A DNA stretch of 64,000 nucleotides from Tortispora ganteri (Eukaryota). The stretch covers positions 620,001 through 684,000 of the forward strand of contig PPNB01000002.1 in the NCBI GenBank assembly GCA_003707115.1. The letters are read 5' to 3'. Positions within the stretch are counted from its first letter, which is position 1, and each line of letters begins with the position of its first letter. The notes below the pieces were generated by a model. The model had not been told where the DNA came from. It searched no databases and saw only the letters and a list, made by a program, of their open reading frames with translations. Below are positions 33,555 to 44,179 of the stretch, one piece after another. Made by a program: the position numbers and the translations under genes.

Positions 33555-33800
33555 GCTTTGCCAATATAGCTAACTCACTCTTAATCGATTGTCATGAATC
33601 ATTCCGCGGTCTATGGATTATAGTTACGTGTTTTGAGTTCTCTCTATCATTTGCATGAGCTATTTTCTTGGATCCTAATTGTAAGTCTTATGGTTTGCGA
33701 TATAGTGCTTTTCCTCGTGCGGGAAATGCAACATATGAAATGTCTAAAATGTTGTTATATATGTAGCTGTAATAATAAAATATACAGCAGCTGCTTGAGT

Positions 33801-34703
33801 TCATACCGCACTGCAGACGGCCTTTGGTTTGTTTTTTTTCGCAAAGAAGAAATCAAACAGCAGACCCGCTATTTGCAATGATGCACTCCCAGATATTAAA
33901 TAAAGCAGCGATTTGAACGCAAGTTGGTCAACAGTAACTCTAGAAAGATACATTACCACAGAAGCTGCCCCTTTAGCAGTTTCCAGCCACAACATTGGCA
34001 TGATCCCCCATAAGACGTCGTCACCATTAGCTAAATGAATATTGGCCCCAAGCAGGTAGAAATGACTAAAACAATTCACTATATTCCAGTACAAAACAAG
34101 GCTCTGATATGAGTATTTAGTGAGCACTTCACATGGTGCCTCTCCAAACTGTTCTATTGTTGAAAGGCATCGAGACTGGAATAAACTTGGATTGATGTCG
34201 TAAGTGCAAACACCATCTGAGTCAAACAATACTCTTCGAGAATAGTAATATAACACTTTACATAGTTGTAGTGGCGCTATATCGGTGTCTATACAAAGTT
34301 CTGACGCACGGGCAACTTCAGCAGTCGATTGAACGCACCAGCCGTAAGGCTTGGATCTCAGTATTTCTGCATATATCATAGCAATTGTTTCAGTGTCTTG
34401 TATTTTAGAAAGATCAATCATGACTGAACCGTAACTTAATATTCCTGTGAATAGTGCAAATGATACACTTTGCCAGGAAAGCATAAAGTATAGTATCCCG
34501 TGAATATAATCATTGCAAAGTAATTGTGGTCTTGAATGAAGCCAATAGTCTCTTTCCTTAATGCATTCCTTCAAATCACCTTTTTGCCTCTTCATGGTCT
34601 TTGTAAAGAAGCAGAAAATATCCATTGCGACGGTGAGTCTAGTCGTTAAAAAGAAGCATAGCAGTTCCAGGACCCTTTGCCGACAATGACGCCCAAGAGG
34701 CAT
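33801..34703 (-). CDS. Hypothetical protein, 300 aa
   Basis: A 903-nt ORF fills the gap between RPS0 and SNU23. No family recognised and the start is uncertain. Confidence 0.5.
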   Translation of the reverse strand: MPLGRHCRQRVLELLCFFLTTRLTVAMDIFCFFTKTMKRQKGDLKECIKERDYWLHSRPQLLCNDYIHGILYFMLSWQSVSFALFTGILSYGSVMIDLSKIQDTETIAMIYAEILRSKPYGWCVQSTAEVARASELCIDTDIAPLQLCKVLYYYSRRVLFDSDGVCTYDINPSLFQSRCLSTIEQFGEAPCEVLTKYSYQSLVLYWNIVNCFSHFYLLGANIHLANGDDVLWGIMPMLWLETAKGAASVVMYLSRVTVDQLAFKSLLYLISGSASLQIAGLLFDFFFAKKNKPKAVCSAV

Positions 34704-35078
34704 GAAATTCTTCCCTAACAGGGGTATCCGACGAGACTGTTAGACAAACATTTGAAAAAGTCCAAGTCATAGATATCTCAAAAACAAGGAAATGAAAAAA
34801 GAACTATTGAACTGTAGCGTTGATGGTATTGAACTCAGATATGACTGGCGTATCCCGAAGGCAAATGGCATCGCACAATCAAGCAGCGACAGCCGCCGGG
34901 TGGCGGGGGGATTTGTTTCGCGTCCATAATAAGCGAATCACTTATTTTGCATTCAGCAATTAATAAAACGTCGGATATATCATTCAAATAAACCGAACTA
35001 CAATATTACCGATGCAATTCAAAACCCTAATCCAATCCACCTTGCACTTAGATTTCGACAGAACCGATCGATGTATTG

Positions 35079-35432
35079 ATGTCATTAAACCTGCTCGGAG
35101 ACCGGCCAGGTTACCATTGTGCAACGTGTAGAGTAACGTATCATGACTCACTGAGATGGATCGATCACTGCAACTCGAGATCGCACCTAAAAGCAATTGG
35201 TCAAGAGCATGTATTGGCGTATGACCGAACGGCGACTCTTGAGGAAGTTAGGATGAGAATTCGTCAACTTGCCGAGATGCAAAAGCCAAAAAACGAGTCA
35301 TACGACCTTCGGAAAAATATTGCAGCTAAAGAAGAGGCTATCGAAAAGGAGAAAACGCGAAAACGTGAAGATAGGCGGATCCGGAGGCAACAAGAGCGCG
35401 CTGCTAAACGATCTAATGACGATTCGGAGTAA
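35079..35432 (+). CDS. SNU23: U4/U6.U5 tri-snRNP zinc-finger protein Snu23/ZMAT2, short form
   Basis: GYHCATCRVTYHDSLRWIDHCNSRSH, RTATLEEVR and YDL plus a charged coiled coil. Confidence 0.85.
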   Translation: MSLNLLGDRPGYHCATCRVTYHDSLRWIDHCNSRSHLKAIGQEHVLAYDRTATLEEVRMRIRQLAEMQKPKNESYDLRKNIAAKEEAIEKEKTRKREDRRIRRQQERAAKRSNDDSE

Positions 35433-35470
35433 GAAATATTATGACAAACATTACTTAAAATGTAGTACCA

Positions 35471-36424
35471 TCAAATGATTTGTGTCTTTGATTTGACAAG
35501 ACCACCAGAGAAGTTGCGCATGATATGAGAACGTGAGTTCCGATCCTGAATTCTGTGGAAAGCTTGACGCACATGACGGGGTTCAATAGCAGACACTTGC
35601 TTTTCTGGTCCACTAAACAAGAAATGATCATGAGGCTTACGGTCTGGAGATTCATATCGCTTGTTTTCAATTGCTCCGACCAATAAAGCCTCTCCGGTGA
35701 GAATCTCGACCATGTCAAAAGTCAGAAACCCGAGAATATCCATGATATCGTCATTAAGTCTGCCTTCAACAACTTGCGTAGTACGGGCCCATTCCCTGAA
35801 CCTCTTAGCTTTACGATAAGTAAAAGATGCTTGGCGGCATTCTGACCAGTGAATGTATTCTTCTCTTGTCATTTTACGGGTCTTTTCGTCTGCAACTTTT
35901 AGTCTCACCATTGTCGCTAGGTTCTCCTCCTTGTCAAGATCTTCATCATCGTCATCCTGTTCAGGTACACGTTCTGGAAACATACAGACAAGTTCCCAAG
36001 AAAGTCTAAGCGATTTCTTTTTGCGAGTTTGAGCTGTACCGGCAGCTGCACGTTTCCCGGGAGCGACATCGCCTGCTGCTAGTTCCTCCTCGTCTTCCTC
36101 CTCTTCTACAATATCAGCGTCACCGCCATCCTGTTGGCTTTTAGCGCGCTTTCGAACGTCTTTCCAGCCGAGAAATGTGCGCAATCGAGATATTTTTGCT
36201 TTATCGTGACGGATCTGGAACATGAGATCTTCAGTGGATATACTGCGTGCACCTCTGCGGCTAGCCAACTGCCCGGCCTGACTCAAGATCTCAATGACTT
36301 GCGATCTCACAATATCCTCGATCAACGCGGTAGTTTCCGGTAGTGGATCATTAACTTCTCCTGCAATAAACATCATCTGCTGAATTTCTACTTTGTATTT
36401 GTATTTGTCTTTGTCCTTATCCAT
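35471..36424 (-). CDS. SPT3: SAGA subunit Spt3
   Basis: YKVEIQQMMF, MTREEYIHWSECRQASFTYRKAKRFREW and DILGFLTFD motifs. ATG at 36424. Confidence 0.96.
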   Translation of the reverse strand: MDKDKDKYKYKVEIQQMMFIAGEVNDPLPETTALIEDIVRSQVIEILSQAGQLASRRGARSISTEDLMFQIRHDKAKISRLRTFLGWKDVRKRAKSQQDGGDADIVEEEEDEEELAAGDVAPGKRAAAGTAQTRKKKSLRLSWELVCMFPERVPEQDDDDEDLDKEENLATMVRLKVADEKTRKMTREEYIHWSECRQASFTYRKAKRFREWARTTQVVEGRLNDDIMDILGFLTFDMVEILTGEALLVGAIENKRYESPDRKPHDHFLFSGPEKQVSAIEPRHVRQAFHRIQDRNSRSHIMRNFSGGLVKSKTQII

Positions 36425-36498
36425 TTTGACGGGGTTGGTAAATGGTAAGTAACGTCGCTGGGGAACCTTCATGGTTCACCCACATACACACTCAGACA

Positions 36499-37749
36499 AT
36501 GAAGAAGATCAGCGATTACACGAAATGGACACATGGCGATCTTATAAGAAGAATCAATGAGCTCGAAAAGGCTATTGGAAAGCGCATGCCTACTGTCGCA
36601 CCGAAAATCACGAACACTCCTGAACTCGAAGCCAAGCTGTTTGCCAATACCCGCCATGTTGCGCTAAAATTTTCGTACTTCGGATGGAGCTACAATGGGC
36701 TGGCAGTTCAAAAAGAGCCGACGCCGCTTCCGACAGTCGAAGGTACAATTTTAGGAGCTTTGGCTAGATGCAGATTGATCCCGCAAGCGGCAGAGTACGA
36801 GCCCGAACTGGTCGATTTCAGTCGTGCCGGACGTACAGACAAGGGAGTGTCAGCACGCAGTCAAGTAATCAGTCTTAAAGTACGGAGCTTGCTGAACAGA
36901 GAGCAGCAGATGGACCCGACATTTGATGAACATGAACTTAAGTACACACATATGCTGAATAGTTTACTACCTGAAGATATACGGTTCTACCAGGAGTGCC
37001 TGCGGCCCCCAGCAGGGTTTGATGCACGGTTTTCCTGCAAGTCTCGGCGATATCGGTACTTTTTCTTTGCACATGATCAATTTGGCGCGCCTTTTGTGAA
37101 TATACATCAGATGCAAGTGGCCGCTGCGCTCTTTAAGGGTGACCATGACTTTAGAAACTTCTGCAAGGTAGATGGATCAAAACAAATCACGAACTTTGTA
37201 AGAACGATATATGATTCGCAGATCATCGAGATCTCTAAAGATGCGACGACAGGCCGGACATTGTACGCATTTGATTTGCATGGAAGTGCATTCCTGTGGC
37301 ACCAGGTTCGGAGCATGATCGCGGTCCTGTTTCTGATTGGACAGGGGCATGAAGAACCACGAATTATTGAAGAGCTGTTTGATATAGACAAGTACCCGGG
37401 TAAGCCAGGCTACATTATGGCTGAGGACTTCCCCCTGGTGCTCTGGGATATAACTTACGGTGCAGATGTTGTGTGGCAAGATTGTTCACGGGACACAAAG
37501 ACCATGCAGTCGCTGAGTGATTGTTTTTATAACCAATGGTATTCGACGGCTGTACGAGGAAGCATTCAACACCAGATCGGATCGACCGTGGTACAGTCAG
37601 CGCCAACCCAAACACATATGCGCATAGTGACTGGTGGCGGACTGGGCTGCCCACTACGCAAGTACGTGCCATTGAAGGACAAACCTAGAGGACTAGAACC
37701 TGAGGAGGTCAACATGAGATTCAGAAAAAGAAAAATAAGAGATGATTAG
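36499..37749 (+). CDS. DEG1: tRNA pseudouridine(38/39) synthase
   Basis: RHVALKFSYFGWSYNG, RAGRTDKGVSA, FDARFSC, HDFRNFCK and GSAFLWHQVR motifs. Confidence 0.94.
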   Translation: MKKISDYTKWTHGDLIRRINELEKAIGKRMPTVAPKITNTPELEAKLFANTRHVALKFSYFGWSYNGLAVQKEPTPLPTVEGTILGALARCRLIPQAAEYEPELVDFSRAGRTDKGVSARSQVISLKVRSLLNREQQMDPTFDEHELKYTHMLNSLLPEDIRFYQECLRPPAGFDARFSCKSRRYRYFFFAHDQFGAPFVNIHQMQVAAALFKGDHDFRNFCKVDGSKQITNFVRTIYDSQIIEISKDATTGRTLYAFDLHGSAFLWHQVRSMIAVLFLIGQGHEEPRIIEELFDIDKYPGKPGYIMAEDFPLVLWDITYGADVVWQDCSRDTKTMQSLSDCFYNQWYSTAVRGSIQHQIGSTVVQSAPTQTHMRIVTGGGLGCPLRKYVPLKDKPRGLEPEEVNMRFRKRKIRDD

Positions 37750-39835
37750 CTTAGCGAAAAACAGTTGAACTGTTGGTAAAGTTCTGCTAACTCAGAGTTT
37801 AAATGCACCTTATTTGGAATAACATTTGCACGACATAACTCTGATCGAACTATTAATAATGTCTAAAGTCTGTTTTATAAGATACAAAGTATCAAGCGCT
37901 GAATTAAATGCTTAATTGATCGATCAATTAGCACCAAAATATTGGTGCTAGTCAGAATGAAATTATCTTTAATTGCATTGCAGCAAAACTCAATATACAA
38001 TCAAGGGAAGCTGCTAATACTACAAGGCGAGACTTTCAGGGGCCATGTGAGAAAGAGTTATCTAGAAATCACACGTTGGTCATTCACCGACTTACCTTAT
38101 GTACAACCGCATATTGAGAAATTATGGCTCATCAAAACAGTTATTGCGTTATATGCTGCCGAATATATCATATTAGGAATCTTTGCCGCGGTGGAGTATG
38201 CGCAAGTCAATAATGCCCAAATTTCTTTTACGCTCTATCATCTGCATTAAGATCCACAGAATTAACCAGGAACTAACTCTATTAATCGAAGCCGATGAGA
38301 ACATTCGCAACAAATAAAGCAGCCTTTATTTAAGTGCTCTTATTCGTGCTGATAACGTAAAAAAAGGGCCGCTTTAGGTTACGCATCTGATATCCTAGCA
38401 CCCTTAAAGGCCGATCGTGCATAATCCTCATAACATCCAAACATTTGGCCAAACGACTTCGCTATTGCCTGCGAATTTCGCAAGATTTCCATTATTCTCC
38501 CCGATTTTTTGTATCCCTCTAGCTAGCCAAGTTCTCTGCAGCATTCCGGCTATGCCGTAGACCTGCAGGAGCAAAATTAGCGTTTACATATAACCTTATA
38601 TTATAAATTTGAACCAACATTCCAATCAACTTCATCCACCTTGTCGACCAATCCGGTAAAACTATGGGGAAATATGCGTAATTCTGTTGATGGTTACTGT
38701 GACAACCATCAACAGGCTTGTATGCTGGTTTTTTTTTGTACGATTGTTTAAGCGTCTCATACGAGCGGAAAACTTTACGGCCGTACCCGCATTGAACCGC
38801 TAAGAACGCATTACGCATCCTGCGCTGAAACCTCGGTATGAACATCGCATGCATAGACTTGAAATATTGACATTCACAGAATTTATCGCCAATGATCGCT
38901 ACCTATCAGTAATACTATGTCAACAATTAATTGTTTGTAATACCGAGTCTGAAGCATTTCCGATCACATTAATAATCTGAACTAGCTTCTCCCTAATGCT
39001 TTTATCGGAAATCCATAGCGATTTTTAATACAGCCACTCATGCGCTTGAAAATAAAAATATACTTTAATGTTCTCCTCATTCGGCTTTTACAAACTCTAA
39101 CTTTAGTGGCAAAAATAAAAACATGAAAGGAAAAAAGTTTTCATAACCAACTTACTCTTTTACTCAAAGTTCGCAGCAAGGTTTAAATCCTCCTGCCAAT
39201 TCTAATCTTCCTTCTTATACACTTTCTGTACGAGAAACGCGAAGAGGTTGGACAAACATACAGCGCTTCAATCCTCTTTCAAGCTATTTGTTTCTAAATC
39301 TATCTTCTTCAATTTTCCCCGTTCATCCTTCTTCCCCTTTTTGCTCGAACATACCCTTTGACGTTAACCTTTTTTACGAACAAAGGCCCGTCTCTCCTTC
39401 TTTGTCATCCTTCTTGTCTCGTTTCCGAACTTTTATTTTAAACAGTCTGATTGAAACTGTTGCGTTCGACTGCACATCTCACTAATCGCTTGGACTCAGT
39501 AAACTAATTACTAGTAAATTGACCATCGATCTGCACTTGACCTGCTAATATCGCGCGCTTCATCTCTAATCTATTGGTTGTCAGTTTGTCGATAACAATA
39601 CAGCTTTATCGTCAACGGTACTAAAACAACAATTCCAACAAAACTATCAATCTTGATTTTGTTTTATTGGCTGGATTTATCCCTTGAGATCGAACGTACT
39701 ATTCTATTCGAGTAACCGTTCCATAATCTTTTTCTCGTTTTCGGTCCTGCATATATATATCAATTCGAAAGGATATTTCCTTAACACACTCCCCCCTTAC
39801 ATATAGACCTACTTAGTGTTGCATTTTCTTCACTA

Positions 39836-41779
39836 ATGGCCTCTAACGTATCACAAGATCCTCAACGCGACCAGCAGCTTCAGAATCCAATGACAGCTCA
39901 CTCCGCATCCACAAACCGTATGTATGCCGGATACTCAGCGCCGAACTCAAACGTGCTTGCTCCTGTAGGCCTTCCACAGGCTCCGCAGAATCAAGGTTTG
40001 CAACCGACTTTTACCGGTTTTGTCTCTTCAACTCAGGATGCTATACTTCTTTTCCAGGCCTGCTTGAATGGTGTTCTGCAGCAAGTATCTCGTCGTCCTC
40101 ATGATCGCGAACGGTCCTTCCTTATCAAGTCGGGATCTATTTTTATTTTTAATGAGGGTTCTTCCGGTATCAAGCGTTGGACTGACGGTATTGCCTGGTC
40201 TCCTTCACGTATATTGGGCAACTTCCTTGTGTATCGCGAATTGGAAAAACCTTTTGCCCCTGGCGAGAAGAAGCGTGCTACGCGTCGTCGAAGAGCTAAG
40301 AAGAAAGGTGAACCTTATCACATGTCAGACGCTCCTGATGTCATGGAACATCGTGAGATGCAGGTAGCAGCTGCCGCTGCAGCTTCTGCCTCCTCAAATC
40401 CAGCATTACGCCCTAATGACCGTGGTCCTGGTGGTGACGTGGATGCTGAACGGGCCTTAGTCGGTTCTCTTGTTGACTCGTATGGTTTTAAAGAAGGTGG
40501 TCTCATCAAGAAAACACTCTCTGTAACCATCAATGACATTCATCATCACCTGGTCTCTTATTATCGTCCAGAAGATGTTGTGAATGGTTCTTTGAAATGC
40601 CCTTCTGATTTCCCTTACCTTAAGGAACTTCATATTTCTCCGGAGTTAACGCAGCGTCAGAACTTCAGAATACCTCCAGATGGTTCTGCAGGTATTGAAC
40701 GTGTTGTTATTCCTCAATCTGGTGGACAAAGTCAAAGCCACGGTCACAGTGGTATGTACCAGGGAGGTGGTGCTCCTCCTACCGCTCCTGTGGGTGCTTA
40801 CGAAGGCTATGGTCAAGACATGACAGCTAATGCTCCATATGCAGAGGGATATGGTAAAAACTTTTTCGGTGGTGCTTCTAATAGCATTGTTGGCCCAGGT
40901 GGATATCATCAACCGACAGCTCCAGTCCAACAACCGTACGCTGGTTATATGTCTCAGGGTGGTGCTGTGGCGCCGAACATGTATGGAAATATTAAGCCTG
41001 ATTACTATGGTTCAGGCACCGAGTATGCAGGTCAGTCTTACGTAGCTGGCGCCGGCGGTGCAGGTGCAGGCGGTGGTGGCTGGTACGATGCCGGTCATCA
41101 TGATGGTGCAGGCGGCCACCTCAGCCAAATATCACCGGCTCAGCAAAATGAGTATTTAAGACAACAGCAGAATCGACGAGGTTCATCCGTGCATAATGGT
41201 ATGCCTCAACAACCCCCGTACGGGGGACAGGCTCCTCAACAGCAGCCCCCAAACTTGCAGCGCGGCCAGGCGCTCCCCCAGCCGGGCCCAGCGCAACAAC
41301 AGGGGGTCCAGGGCTCTAATTCTCAATATGAGAGATATCAGCCAGGGTCTGGAGGTGCACAGTATGGCGCCGGTAATACTTACAATGCCGGACGTTCAGG
41401 TGAGTACCCCAGTGCTGGACAGCCGATAGGCTATCAATATTCTTATGGCGGTAGTGCTGGCGGTGGCGGCAACACGAGCAGCGGTGTCGGAAGTAATGCT
41501 GCTGGCAGTAATGCTAACAGCGGTGGTGGTGACGGTAGCTCGAGACCTAATACCGGTGATGAAGGCAACTGGCGTGGAACTTGGAATGGACCTGGATCAG
41601 CTAGTGGAAATATATCGTCACAGCCTGCGACTGGTGCTCAACGCGGTGCACCGGGTTACGAAGGATCAGTACCTTCATCTGGTTCGCAACAACCTTCTGG
41701 CAGTGGAGAAATGGGTGAATGGTGGAACCAGTCGAAACCAGCTGTTCAGACAGCAGCACCAACTGCGCGTGGAAGCTAA
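39836..41779 (+). CDS. WOPR (Gti1/Pac2) transcription factor of the Wor1/Mit1/Ryp1 type
   Basis: PTFTGFV, RRPHDRER, IKRWTDGIAWSPSRILGNFLVYREL and LVDSYGFKEGGLIKKT motifs. G/Q/Y-rich tail and a 2-kb upstream region. Confidence 0.93.
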   Translation: MASNVSQDPQRDQQLQNPMTAHSASTNRMYAGYSAPNSNVLAPVGLPQAPQNQGLQPTFTGFVSSTQDAILLFQACLNGVLQQVSRRPHDRERSFLIKSGSIFIFNEGSSGIKRWTDGIAWSPSRILGNFLVYRELEKPFAPGEKKRATRRRRAKKKGEPYHMSDAPDVMEHREMQVAAAAAASASSNPALRPNDRGPGGDVDAERALVGSLVDSYGFKEGGLIKKTLSVTINDIHHHLVSYYRPEDVVNGSLKCPSDFPYLKELHISPELTQRQNFRIPPDGSAGIERVVIPQSGGQSQSHGHSGMYQGGGAPPTAPVGAYEGYGQDMTANAPYAEGYGKNFFGGASNSIVGPGGYHQPTAPVQQPYAGYMSQGGAVAPNMYGNIKPDYYGSGTEYAGQSYVAGAGGAGAGGGGWYDAGHHDGAGGHLSQISPAQQNEYLRQQQNRRGSSVHNGMPQQPPYGGQAPQQQPPNLQRGQALPQPGPAQQQGVQGSNSQYERYQPGSGGAQYGAGNTYNAGRSGEYPSAGQPIGYQYSYGGSAGGGGNTSSGVGSNAAGSNANSGGGDGSSRPNTGDEGNWRGTWNGPGSASGNISSQPATGAQRGAPGYEGSVPSSGSQQPSGSGEMGEWWNQSKPAVQTAAPTARGS

Positions 41780-42361
41780 TACAGATATTAGACTTCTTAC
41801 GATCTTGGAATGTACTTTAGTTTTCGTTGCATCAACTCTTCTGTGACTTGGTTCGTTCTGTGACGGTTTCTTTCGATTATTTTATTTGCTTTTGTTTGTC
41901 TTATTTTGCTATTGTTTTCTTGTTTTTATAATATACACAGTTTGTCTTTATTGATTCCGAACTGAATGTAGACATTCTTGATCCGGTTTCATGTTCATTT
42001 AAATAATCTTTTAAGCTTTTAGTAGCGTTCATTGCATTAAACTAAAACGTTCGCGAGCTTGTGAAGTGTAAAGTTCGCCTGAATGGAAGGTTATTCTTCT
42101 TAGACTTCAATCAAAATATGAACGTTAACTTATGAATGAGAGTTCAAGTGCAATTACTAATCTTGGCCTGAACTTACAGTTAGGCTAAATTTCATTACAG
42201 TTGACTTGTGATAAGTTTCAAAAGGTTCATCTAAAGGATCGAATAATAAAGTCAACAAATTAATTTTAGTCAAGGGAGGTATTTCAGTTTCCAAAAGCTA
42301 TAAACAAATGGACATGCCGCAAGAAAAATGAAGGTGTAAGGTAATTTTAGGGTTCAGGGTA

Positions 42362-42370
42362 GCACGTGAT
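42362..42370. promoter_or_regulatory. Cbf1-type site (TCACGTG on the minus strand) upstream of ADI1
   Basis: GCACGTGAT lies about 160 bp upstream of a methionine-salvage gene. Confidence 0.5.
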
Positions 42371-42527
42371 TTGAAGCAATTTTTGATCTTAAGTAATTGT
42401 GCAAATCGGCATTTTACTTACATTTATTTGCCATCTTTGTTAAATTGCCCTCTAAATTGTTATATTGTGATCAAGTGTGATCTTATTTTTGTGAATTTTG
42501 GCTTTTAATTGTAAGCGTCAGAGGAGA

Positions 42528-43058
42528 ATGAAAGCGTACTACCACGACGAATTGCCTGGTGATCAGCGTGAAATGCACGATAGTGGCCAACCAGTCAATG
42601 AGAGTATGCTTGAGAAAATAGGTGTATTTTACAAATATGCTGCTCCTACGGGATCTGGAGAAGTTCCTGAAGAGATTGAAGCATTGGCTAAAGAGCGCAA
42701 TTATAAGAACCGTGATTGTGTGACTATAAGCCCCAGTTCTTTTGGCGATTCCTATAAGGATAAAATCAGCATTTTCTATGAGGAACATATTCATGAAGAT
42801 GAAGAAATCAGATACGTTGTTGACGGAGATGGATTTTTTGATGTTCGCAGTTTAGACGATCGTTGGATTCGATGCTATGTCGAAAAGGGCGATCTTTTAA
42901 TCCTTCCTGAAGGAATATACCATCGATTCACGCCTGCAATTACTGATTACATTAAAGCAGTGCGACTCTTCAAAGAAGAGCCTAAATGGATTGCCTTACC
43001 TCGTCCGCAAGAACAAAACCCGTCGAGAACCTCGTACCTGAACAGCATTGCTGCTTAA
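42528..43058 (+). CDS. ADI1: Acireductone dioxygenase (methionine salvage)
   Basis: FYEEHIHEDEEIRY, GFFDVR, LPEGIYHRFT and RLFKEEPKW motifs. ATG at 42528. Confidence 0.96.
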   Translation: MKAYYHDELPGDQREMHDSGQPVNESMLEKIGVFYKYAAPTGSGEVPEEIEALAKERNYKNRDCVTISPSSFGDSYKDKISIFYEEHIHEDEEIRYVVDGDGFFDVRSLDDRWIRCYVEKGDLLILPEGIYHRFTPAITDYIKAVRLFKEEPKWIALPRPQEQNPSRTSYLNSIAA

Positions 43059-43231
43059 GGAACTACAATGATATGGCATATAAAACTATTTATTTAATAT
43101 AACAGCATAAAAAATGTAATTCAATCATTATTAGTCTAATAAAATACTTCTCATTGGCATATAGTGGTCGTATATTACAATGGTGAATTGTCCTCACTTT
43201 CGACTCTACATATACCGAGCCCACGCTTGTT

Positions 43232-44179
43232 ATGGAACAATCGAAAGATAATGAGAAAGAGGTCCATTTCCCGGATATAAATATCAGATACTTGCCAGAA
43301 TCATGTGGATTTGACCAATCTAGGCAATTAGTATGGGTAATAGTCGGAGCCACTGGTCATTTCGGGAGCATGTTGACACGGCGGGTGCTAGAACATGGCG
43401 ATTTGGTCGCGGCACTGGCAATCAACGTGGTACCAAAATCAGAAGAGAATGTTGAATGGTTGCAATGTGATATTCGAAGTATGCAACAGGTCCAAAATAC
43501 CATCGAGAAGGTGATTCAACGGTTCGGCAGAATCGATGCTTTTGCAAACGCTTCAGGAATAGCTACAGCAGGTGCATTTGAAGAACAAGAAGACTGGGAA
43601 ATATCTAATCAAATAGAAACTAATGTGATCGGACATTGGAATTTGTTGAGATGTATAATTAAACCTTTAAGGACTAATCCTAGACCTGGAAGGATCGTGA
43701 CTCTTTCTTCTACGGCCGGTCTCGTCTCTCACCCAGGACTCGCAGCCTATTCTGCCACAAAATGGGCCTTAGAAGGTCTTACAGAATCTCTTTCTCATGA
43801 AATGGATCCGTTTTCCGTACGTACGACACTTATTCAGCTTGGAAATGCAGTAGTAATAGAACCTACTGGAGACCCAGATATCGATAAGATTCAAAGAACG
43901 CACTTCGATATTAGGAGTAGGATGCCTGAGTACAGAGGCACACCATCAGATTACGGCACTGTGCTAGCATCTAGAAACCCGACAGCAAACAAACCGTTTA
44001 ACGAACGACATGCTGTCAGTCTTCCTAAAGCCGCTGACATTGTGTGGGAACTAGTTCATTGCCAGGACCCTCCAGTCAGGCTGGCATTGGGTACTCAGGC
44101 AGTTGACACTCTCTTAGACAAAATGCGATTTGCTGTAGAAGAAGCTGAAGACTGGAAGTTTCTAAGCGAAGGTGCATAA
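43232..44179 (+). CDS. Short-chain dehydrogenase/reductase
   Basis: GATGHFG, CDI, FGRID, SSTAG and catalytic YSATK motifs. Confidence 0.9.
   Translation: MEQSKDNEKEVHFPDINIRYLPESCGFDQSRQLVWVIVGATGHFGSMLTRRVLEHGDLVAALAINVVPKSEENVEWLQCDIRSMQQVQNTIEKVIQRFGRIDAFANASGIATAGAFEEQEDWEISNQIETNVIGHWNLLRCIIKPLRTNPRPGRIVTLSSTAGLVSHPGLAAYSATKWALEGLTESLSHEMDPFSVRTTLIQLGNAVVIEPTGDPDIDKIQRTHFDIRSRMPEYRGTPSDYGTVLASRNPTANKPFNERHAVSLPKAADIVWELVHCQDPPVRLALGTQAVDTLLDKMRFAVEEAEDWKFLSEGA

Noticed and set aside
37942..38854. ORFs of 102 and 111 aa upstream of the WOPR gene
   Set aside because: No recognisable motifs. They are most simply chance ORFs in a long promoter, although they are not formally excluded.
42040..42196. 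Minus-strand ATG followed by a GTAAGT donor-like site
   Set aside because: No good branch point, and the spliced product is tiny and unrecognisable.
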